64,000 nucleotides of DNA, taken from Myxococcales bacterium. Lineage in GTDB: Bacteria; Myxococcota_A; Polyangia; Polyangiales; Polyangiaceae. A model generated the notes under the pieces. It made no database searches. It was not told where the DNA came from and was given only the letters and a program-made list of their open reading frames with translations. Positions 54,223 through 60,982 of this stretch are shown piece by piece. Position 1 is the stretch's first letter. Every line of letters begins with the position of its first letter. A program made the position numbers and the translations under genes. The stretch lies in assembly GCA_009692485.1 (NCBI GenBank), contig SHZB01000001.1:48960-112959 (forward strand). Direction: 5' to 3'.

Positions 54223-54288
54223 ATTCGCACCGGGCTCTGTTCCGGCGTCGAGTACGGCGCCGCAAGGATCACATTCGCACCGGGATTT
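54219..54288 (-). repeat. 50-bp-spaced duplication of the hisF-stop/hisA-start junction (CCCGGTGCGAATGTGAT x2), creating a 17-codon mini-ORF
   Basis: TCACATTCGCACCGGG occurs at 54219 and 54269. The mini-ORF 54219-54272 reads VILAAPYSTPEQSPVRM. Confidence 0.9.
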
Positions 54289-55027
54289 CCGCGGCGGCGA
54301 GCGCGCGCTTCAGATCGCCGACGGTGACTTCGCCGTCGTGAAGGATCGATGCCGCGAGCACTGCGCTTGCCCCCGCGCGCACGGCCTCGAGCATGTGCTG
54401 TGCGTGTGCGGCGCCGCCCGACGCGACCACCGGGATGCGTACCGCGCTCGTGACAGCCCCGATCAACTCGATGTCGTAACCGGCGCGCGTGCCGTCGCGA
54501 TCCCAGCTCGTCAGCACGATCTCTCCGGCGCCGCGTGACGCCGCCTCTCGTGCCCACGCGACCGCGCAGCGCGAGGTTCGCTCTTTGCCAGAGCGCACGA
54601 CCAGCTCCCAGCCCGCGCCATCTTGGCGGCGCGCGGCATCGAGCGCGAGCACCGTGCATTGACTGCCGAAGGTCCTGGCGAGTCGGTCGAGCAGCGACGG
54701 CTCGAGCGCCGCTGCCGTGTTGCTCGCGACCTTGTCGGCCCCCGCCTCGAGCAGAGCGCGCGCATCTTCGATGGTGCGCACGCCGCCGCCCACCGTGAGC
54801 GGAATTCCGAGGACCGCGCGCACCCGACGCACCGTCTCGGTGGCATTGCCGCGCCCTTCCGGCGTCGCCGAGACATCGAGCATCACGAGTTCGTCGGCAC
54901 CTTGCGCCTCGTACGCGAGGGCACGCTCGGTCGGATCACCCGCATCGCGCATCCCGCTGAAGCGCACGCCCTTCACGACGCGACCGGCGTCGATGTCGAG
55001 GCACGGGACGACGCGAATCGTCAGCAC
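54269..55027 (-). CDS. hisF: imidazole glycerol phosphate synthase cyclase subunit
   Basis: VLTIRVVPCLDIDAGRVVKGVRF, GADELVMLD, IPLTVGGGVRT and IPVVASGGA. The GTG at 55027 overlaps the hisH stop (GTGCTGA). Confidence 0.93.
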   Translation of the reverse strand: MLTIRVVPCLDIDAGRVVKGVRFSGMRDAGDPTERALAYEAQGADELVMLDVSATPEGRGNATETVRRVRAVLGIPLTVGGGVRTIEDARALLEAGADKVASNTAAALEPSLLDRLARTFGSQCTVLALDAARRQDGAGWELVVRSGKERTSRCAVAWAREAASRGAGEIVLTSWDRDGTRAGYDIELIGAVTSAVRIPVVASGGAAHAQHMLEAVRAGASAVLAASILHDGEVTVGDLKRALAAAEIPVRM

Positions 55028-55632
55028 GCGCGCACCTTCGCGAGCCAGCGCCCGAGCAGCGCGTGTCCCCATGCGCCGCTCAGCTCGGGATGAAATTGAC
55101 ACGCGAGCAACGCCCCCTTTTCGAGCGCGGCGACGAAGGGACTTCCGTGCACGGCGAGCGCCCCCGAGTAGCCAGCGGGGAGCGCATCGAGCCGATACGA
55201 GTTCGCGAAATAGGCATGCCCGCTCGCGAGCAGCGTCGAGTCCAGGGCGGGCTCGACCAGGTTCCAGCCGAGCTGCGGCACGACCAGCCCCGCGCGATCT
55301 TCAAATCGTCGCACCGCCGCGTCGATCACGCCGAGGCCGGAAATTCCGGGACTTTCTTCGCTTTCGCGACACAAGAGCTGAAGGCCGAGACACACGCACA
55401 ACAGGGCTCGGCCCTCACGCGCGCGCTTCGTGAGCGCCACGGCGAGCCCCGTCGCCTCGAGCCGCGCCATGCCCGCACCGAACGCGCCGACCCCCGGCAA
55501 CACCACGCGCTCGGCGGCGGCGACGACGCTCGCATCGGTCGACAGCCGGGGCGCGGCACCGACGCGAACGAGGGCGGCGCACACCGAGGCGAGGTTCGCC
55601 GTGCCGGTATCGACGACGATGACCTCGCTCAC
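55021..55632 (-). CDS. hisH: imidazole glycerol phosphate synthase glutamine amidotransferase subunit
   Basis: VIVVDTGTANLASV, LPGVGAFG, LCVCLGLQLL and FHPELS. The GTG at 55632 overlaps the stop of the last mini-ORF. Confidence 0.9.
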   Translation of the reverse strand: MSEVIVVDTGTANLASVCAALVRVGAAPRLSTDASVVAAAERVVLPGVGAFGAGMARLEATGLAVALTKRAREGRALLCVCLGLQLLCRESEESPGISGLGVIDAAVRRFEDRAGLVVPQLGWNLVEPALDSTLLASGHAYFANSYRLDALPAGYSGALAVHGSPFVAALEKGALLACQFHPELSGAWGHALLGRWLAKVRAC

Positions 55633-55775
55633 GAGAGCGCCTCGCCGCTCGGAGCGAACGCGCATGTCTTCATCGCAAGCACCGCGTCATCGAAGGCACC
55701 GCGTCATTGCAAGCACCGCGTCATCGCAAGCACCGCGTCATCGAAAGCACCGCGTCATCGAGAGCACCGCGTCAC
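55629..55775 (-). repeat. six 17-bp tandem units plus one 45-nt ORF forming seven chained mini-ORFs between hisB and hisH
   Basis: Plus-strand CATCG(C/A)A(A/G)GCACCGCGT units. The minus-strand stops at 55772, 55755, 55738, 55721, 55704, 55687, 55670 and 55629 each overlap the next GTG/ATG by 4 nt. Confidence 0.95.
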
Positions 55776-56371
55776 AAGACGCCCTTCGTGCTGGCGATGT
55801 CCGTGCCGGTGATCGCCACGGCTTGCCGCAGCGCGACTGCCAACGCTTTGAACGCGGCCTCGGCCCGGTGATGATCGTGCTCGCCCTTGAGGACCTCGAC
55901 GTGCAGCGCCGAGCGCGACGCCATCGCGAGCGACTGCATGACGTGGGTCACACACTCGCACGAGAGGTTGCCGAGCTTCTCGCGACGCAGCCCGAGATTG
56001 ATCGCCGGCCACGGGCGCCCCGACAGATCGATCACCGCGCGGGCCAGCGCCTCGTCGAGCGGCGCATACCCATGACCGAAGCGCGCGATCCCGACCCGCT
56101 CGCCCAGCGCTTGATCGAGCGCCTTTCCGAGCGCGATCCCGCAGTCTTCGCTCGTGTGGTGATCGTCCACCTCGAGATCCCCCTGGCAGCTCAGCTCGAG
56201 ATCGAAGCGCGCGTGTTTGACGAGGGTCGTGAGCATGTGATCGAGAAACCCAATCCCGGTCGCGATGCGGCTCACGCCGGTGCCGTCGAGGTTCAGCGAC
56301 AAGGCCACGCTCGTCTCGTTGGTCTTGCGCGCGATCGTGGCCTGTCGTGGCGGGGTGGCGATGGCGTTCAT
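55772..56371 (-). CDS. hisB: imidazoleglycerol-phosphate dehydratase (monofunctional)
   Basis: ARKTNETSVALSLNLDG, GIGFLDHML, DDHHTSEDCGIALG and GEHDHHRAEAAFKA. ATG 56371 overlaps the mini-ORF stop as ATGA. The upstream TTG at 56392 is less likely. Confidence 0.93.
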   Translation of the reverse strand: MNAIATPPRQATIARKTNETSVALSLNLDGTGVSRIATGIGFLDHMLTTLVKHARFDLELSCQGDLEVDDHHTSEDCGIALGKALDQALGERVGIARFGHGYAPLDEALARAVIDLSGRPWPAINLGLRREKLGNLSCECVTHVMQSLAMASRSALHVEVLKGEHDHHRAEAAFKALAVALRQAVAITGTDIASTKGVL

Positions 56372-56430
56372 GATTCGTCGATGGTGCTCCAAAAACTGAA
56401 GTCGAGCGCTCGGTGTGCGATGGCGTTCAT
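56368..56430 (-). repeat. 59-bp-spaced duplication of the hisC-stop/hisB-start junction (ATGAACGCCATCGC x2), giving a 20-codon mini-ORF
   Basis: The mini-ORF MNAIAHRALDFSFWSTIDES starts on the ATGA overlapping the hisC-HAD stop (56427-29). It ends on the ATGA overlapping the hisB start (56368-71). Confidence 0.9.
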
Positions 56431-58133
56431 AGCCTCGTCGAGCCCGCTCCGCGAAGGGAAGTCAGCCGCTCTAGCTCATCGAGCGTGGACAAGAGTCGTC
56501 CCGCGCCGGCCGCGACGAGTCCATCGCCGTTGTAGCCGAGCGGCACGACCCCGGCCGCGCGGGCTGCGAGCACGTCATCGCGGGTGTCGCCCACCAGCCA
56601 CGCAGAGCTCACGTTGAGCAGGGCGAGCGCGCGCAGCACCGGCTCGGGGCTTGGCTTCAGCGGCGCGTCCTCCATGCACACCAGCGTCTTGAACAAGGGC
56701 GCGAGCTCGAAGCGCGCGAGGAAGCGTTCGGCGTCGGCGCGCGGTCGGCCGGTGACGATGCCAAGCGGCAGACGGGCGGCGAGGCGCTCGAGCAATTCAC
56801 GCGCACACAAGAGCGTCTCTTGTTCGTGAAGTCCCGCAATTCCCTGCGTTTCGTCGCCTTGGTAGAGCAACTCGAAGCGCGCCTTCACGTCCGCGAACGC
56901 CGCTGTGACCCCGTGCTCAAGGAGCAGCGCGTGGGTCAGGTGCCAGTCGTTGTTCGCGTCGCCCGCGGCCTTTTTTCGCGCCACGTCTTCGTGTGTCACG
57001 ACTGCGCCGAAGCTCGCTGCGGTCGCAATGATCGCCTCCCGATACGACCCGCGCACGTCGGCGAGCACACCGTCCATATCGAAGAGCAGCGCCTCGGGGG
57101 CGAGCACCGCATCGAGCGCCGCCGAGAGCCGCGCGAAGGCTGGTTCATCCGACGGACACGTGATGCGCGCCATGCCGTCGAGCTTGCCGTGGCCCGGCCA
57201 GATGCGCACGGCGATCCCAAGTCCCGCGAGCCCGTCGCAGAACCACTCGGCGTCCCTCGGCCGCGCGAGGACGAAGTTTGCCTGCGACGGGTGCGCCACG
57301 CATCCGAGCCTCTCGAGTCGCTCGCCGAGCCGCGTTCGCTCGATCTTTACCTGCGCGACATGGCGGCGCATGTGCGGCTCACCCTCGTCGAGCCATCGCA
57401 TCGCGAGCGCCACCGCCGGCGAGCTGACGGCATACGGTTGCCCCGTCCCACGCAGCCAGTCGATGACCAAGGGCTGCGCGATGACGTAGCCGACCCGCAG
57501 TCCGGCGAGGCCCCACGCTTTCGACAGCGTGCGAAACACGAGCGCGTTTTCGTATGCGAGCGCCGTGTGCGTGAGGTCTTCGTCGGCGAACTCGGCATAC
57601 GCGAGATCGACGAACAGCGCCGCATCGCCCGCGGCCTCGGCCACGCGCCGAAGCTCGCCCGCGGTGATCGCCGCGCCGGTAGGATTGTTCGGCGTGACGA
57701 GCGCGACCGCCCCCGTGTTTGCGTTCAGCTCGCGCAGGACCGCATCCACGGGATACGCGCCCGTTGGCCACGGCACCTCGCGCACCGTCGCGCCCGCGAG
57801 CGCCGCGTAGCGCGGAAGCATCTCGAAGGTGGGCACCGGCAACACGAGCTCGCGACCCGGCCACAACAGCGCTTGGCATGCCCGCGCGAGCGCATCGTCG
57901 GCGCCGCAGGTCGTCAAGACGCAGTCGGGCCCGACTCCGAGGCGAGCCGCGAGCTTGCGTTCGAGCGCGCGCGCGTCGGGATAGCGCCGCAACAGCTCTG
58001 CTGACTCCAGCGCAGCGAGCAAGCCCACGGGTGGCAGCGGCCCCTCGTTGCTGTCGAGCTTCAAGTCGATGGGCGCACCGTGCCGCGGCACGTGATAGCT
58101 GCCCTGGCGCGCGATGACGGGATTCGGCTTCAT
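56427..58133 (-). CDS. hisC: histidinol-phosphate aminotransferase fused to a C-terminal HAD-superfamily phosphatase domain
   Basis: The N-terminal ~355 aa have DLKLDSNEGP, NPNNPTG and FRTLSKAWGLAGLRVGY (PLP Lys). The C-terminal ~210 aa have LLFDMDGVLADV, GIVTGRPR and LVGDTRDDVLAARAAG (HAD motifs I-IV). An alternative GTG start at 58154 overlaps the hisG stop. Confidence 0.88.
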   Translation of the reverse strand: MKPNPVIARQGSYHVPRHGAPIDLKLDSNEGPLPPVGLLAALESAELLRRYPDARALERKLAARLGVGPDCVLTTCGADDALARACQALLWPGRELVLPVPTFEMLPRYAALAGATVREVPWPTGAYPVDAVLRELNANTGAVALVTPNNPTGAAITAGELRRVAEAAGDAALFVDLAYAEFADEDLTHTALAYENALVFRTLSKAWGLAGLRVGYVIAQPLVIDWLRGTGQPYAVSSPAVALAMRWLDEGEPHMRRHVAQVKIERTRLGERLERLGCVAHPSQANFVLARPRDAEWFCDGLAGLGIAVRIWPGHGKLDGMARITCPSDEPAFARLSAALDAVLAPEALLFDMDGVLADVRGSYREAIIATAASFGAVVTHEDVARKKAAGDANNDWHLTHALLLEHGVTAAFADVKARFELLYQGDETQGIAGLHEQETLLCARELLERLAARLPLGIVTGRPRADAERFLARFELAPLFKTLVCMEDAPLKPSPEPVLRALALLNVSSAWLVGDTRDDVLAARAAGVVPLGYNGDGLVAAGAGRLLSTLDELERLTSLRGAGSTRL

Positions 58134-58150
58134 GGCAGCGCGCTGCCCGC

Positions 58151-59023
58151 TCACGGCACGATCTGCATCAGGCGCGACACCACGATATCGGTGCCGCCGC
58201 GGGCCTTGAGCTCGGGGATGAGCCGCGGGAGCAACTCGCGTGGAACCGCGGCTTTTACGGCAAATGCGTCCGAACCGGCGAGCGGCGACACGGTCGGCTG
58301 GCGCATGCAAGGCAAGGCCGCAATCACGCTCGCGAGCGCGCTCGCCGCCACGTTCACTTCGAGCATGACGCGCTTCCTTGCGTCGAGCACCGACCGCAAG
58401 ACCAGCACCAGCTCTTCCAGCGCGGCGCGTTTGTGCGGCACCTCGAGCGCCCGGCGACTGGCATAGAGGCGCGTGGAAGAACGCAGCAGCTCATCGATGA
58501 TCGCCAGCCCGTTCTGCGCCAGCGTCGCGCCCGTGGCGGTGTTGTCGACGATGCAGTCGGCGTCCTCCGGCGGAAACACCTCGGTCGCGCCATACGAGCG
58601 CACGAAGGTCGCATCGAGCCCGCGCCGCGCGATCCATCCGCGCGCGAGCCGTTCGTACTCGGAGGCGACGACGACCCGGCGGGTCGGCAGCGCGCCATCG
58701 ACGAGCAGCTCTTCGGGTGCTGCCGCCACGATCCGCACCGGATCGAGCTCGGTGTCGAGCAGCTCCACGACGTCGGCCTCCAGCTCTTCTACCCAGTCGG
58801 CCCCGCCAAACCCGACATCGCGCGTGCCGATATGCAGCATCTCGATGATGTTCTGCGGCTTCAGCACCTTGGTGACCGTGTCCGGCAGCGACACCACCGG
58901 TCGATAGCCGCGCTCCGCGAGCCGCACGCCGATCCCCGCGTCCTCGAGCAGCGTGACGACGCCGCGTTGCATATGCCCCTTCGGCAGGGCGAGCTTGAGA
59001 GTGGGATCGAATGAACTAGGCAT
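58151..59023 (-). CDS. hisG: ATP phosphoribosyltransferase (long form)
   Basis: LKLALPKGHMQ, DVGFGGADWV and a C-terminal regulatory domain. ATG at 59023. Confidence 0.9.
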   Translation of the reverse strand: MPSSFDPTLKLALPKGHMQRGVVTLLEDAGIGVRLAERGYRPVVSLPDTVTKVLKPQNIIEMLHIGTRDVGFGGADWVEELEADVVELLDTELDPVRIVAAAPEELLVDGALPTRRVVVASEYERLARGWIARRGLDATFVRSYGATEVFPPEDADCIVDNTATGATLAQNGLAIIDELLRSSTRLYASRRALEVPHKRAALEELVLVLRSVLDARKRVMLEVNVAASALASVIAALPCMRQPTVSPLAGSDAFAVKAAVPRELLPRLIPELKARGGTDIVVSRLMQIVP

Positions 59024-59163
59024 GAACGCGGGGACCCTAATCGCGCGATCTGCCCGAATCGAGGACCAATTGAACCGCGTGATCACGTGTCGCAGAATCA
59101 CGGTGCCGTGCGCCGGGCAGGGGAGGCAGTCGTGCTTGCCTGGCGTGCTACCGTTCGGCACCT

Positions 59164-60846
59164 ATGAGCCTTACCAAGAAAGTTGCGCGCGCTCCTTTCG
59201 GCCTACCTCGCCCCGGCGCTTCCCGTCTCGCGTGCACACGGACATTGGCATTGGCCACTACCGCCCTCGCGGTGCTCGCGTGCTCATTGTCCGACACGAT
59301 GCCAGTGGGCGCGGGCGGCGCGGGCCCAGGTGGCAGCGGCGGCGCTGTAGCCAGCGGCGGTAGCGGTGGTCAGCCGATCGTAAAGCTCGAGAGCGTCGCG
59401 TTTGCCCAGGCCATCGACGGCGCGATGTTCGCGAGCCGCAGCGTCTATGCGGAAGTGCCCATTCACCTCGCGGTCACGGGCATCGCCGAGAAGGTGACGC
59501 TCGTCAGCGGCGGCACGGAATTCGCGGCCAGCGACGCGGACGGCGACGGCACCTGGACGGCGGCGTTGCCGATCGCGGCCCTCCCCGACGGCGCGCTCGA
59601 GCTCTTGGTAAAGGCCGACGGCGACGGCATCAACGTCCAGAGCTCGGCGGCGCTCGTCGTTGGCGAGGCCGGCATTCGCTTCACCGATTTCGATAAGGTC
59701 GGCTATGGCGGTTCGCCGCTGCTCCACCGGGATGGCGACAAACTTTATGTCACCTGGCATGACCGCTCTCTGCCGCTCGCCGAGGTTTATCTGCAACGGC
59801 TCGACGGCGCGTTTCGCCCGGTGGAAGACCGCGTCAAGCTCGTCGGCTCCGACGTAGAGACGCTGCATTCTCGGATTGCCATTCACGGCGGCGTGCTCGG
59901 CATCCTCTATCAACAGCTCGGCGTTCCTTATAAGAACTACTTCAAGGTCACGGACCTCGCCGGCAAAGAGCTCGTCGCACCCATCGCGCTCGATCCGGCC
60001 GGCACCAATGGCGCTCCGGGTGGCGCGGTCGCCTTCGACGGAACCGGCTTCGTGTTCAGCTGGCGCAGCCGCGACGGTGGCCTCCCCAGCCACATCCACT
60101 GGGGCCGCGTCGTCCTCGAGACTGGCAAGTTCACGGGGCCCATCACCGTCGCGACCGCCGGCGCCGGCGACGCGGTGGATCCCATCGGACCCTTTCAATC
60201 GTTCACGTCGCTCTCGATAGCTCCGCTCGCGGACAGGTCCGCTGTCAGCTTCGTGCGGGACCTCTATTTGCCATTGCTCGAGACCACGATCCCGAAGGCC
60301 CAATTGGCCATTATCGGCACCGACGGCGAGCTCCTCAGTGAGGAGTACGCGGGCACCAAGACGGATTTTCTCTTTCACTGGGACTCGCGTGTCTACCCGC
60401 ACGGGGACACCTTCTTATCGGTCTATCCCGCCGTCGATCTGAACTCCGATCTCATCCCGCCGTGGACCGTGTTTCATGGCAAGACCGCCGACGCCGCGGG
60501 CCTGACCGCTGGGACGAAGGGCGCCGGCGTGAAGATGGTAAACGCCGTCGACGATCGCGGCTTCGGCTTCTACTTGCCACACCCCAAGCACCACGCCGTG
60601 ATGGGCTGGCTCGATCACCGAACCTATGTCGACATCTCTACCGGTCGCATCGAGCTCTACGTAGCCCCGGTCGGCGCGGATCTCGTCGCGTCCAATTCCG
60701 CCACGGTCTTCGAGCACGCCAAATTGAGCACGCTCTCGCAGCTCACCGGAGTGCTCGCCGGCACCAACGTCCCGATGGTGTGGCGCGACGCGCGAATAAA
60801 CGGCTACGACAAACTCGAGCTTTGGTTCGACACCGCCTGGTATTGA
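59164..60846 (+). CDS. hypothetical secreted lipoprotein
   Basis: 560 aa. LAVLACSLSD lipobox followed by a Gly-rich linker. No recognised domain. Coding-like composition. Confidence 0.55.
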   Translation: MSLTKKVARAPFGLPRPGASRLACTRTLALATTALAVLACSLSDTMPVGAGGAGPGGSGGAVASGGSGGQPIVKLESVAFAQAIDGAMFASRSVYAEVPIHLAVTGIAEKVTLVSGGTEFAASDADGDGTWTAALPIAALPDGALELLVKADGDGINVQSSAALVVGEAGIRFTDFDKVGYGGSPLLHRDGDKLYVTWHDRSLPLAEVYLQRLDGAFRPVEDRVKLVGSDVETLHSRIAIHGGVLGILYQQLGVPYKNYFKVTDLAGKELVAPIALDPAGTNGAPGGAVAFDGTGFVFSWRSRDGGLPSHIHWGRVVLETGKFTGPITVATAGAGDAVDPIGPFQSFTSLSIAPLADRSAVSFVRDLYLPLLETTIPKAQLAIIGTDGELLSEEYAGTKTDFLFHWDSRVYPHGDTFLSVYPAVDLNSDLIPPWTVFHGKTADAAGLTAGTKGAGVKMVNAVDDRGFGFYLPHPKHHAVMGWLDHRTYVDISTGRIELYVAPVGADLVASNSATVFEHAKLSTLSQLTGVLAGTNVPMVWRDARINGYDKLELWFDTAWY

Positions 60847-60982
60847 GGCGGCCCAGCTTGGAGAGCCTATCGGGCGTTCATGAGCGCGGCCTATTTCAGC
60901 TCTTGGAGGCGGCCTCCGCGCTTCGCGTCCGCAAAGAAGGTTCGAGGGGCGTTGAAGCCGCGCTCGGCCGCGAGGAAGCGCG

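Noticed and set aside
56372-56392. TTG at 56392 as the hisB start (track ORF MEHHRRIMNAIA...)
   Set aside because: The ATG at 56371 gives the N-terminus expected for IGPD and sits on an ATGA overlap. The TTG extension lies within the mini-ORF region.
55430-58004. 395-aa and 394-aa plus-strand ORFs (55430-56617 and 56820-58004)
   Set aside because: They are antisense to hisH, hisB and hisC, all of which have strong motif support.
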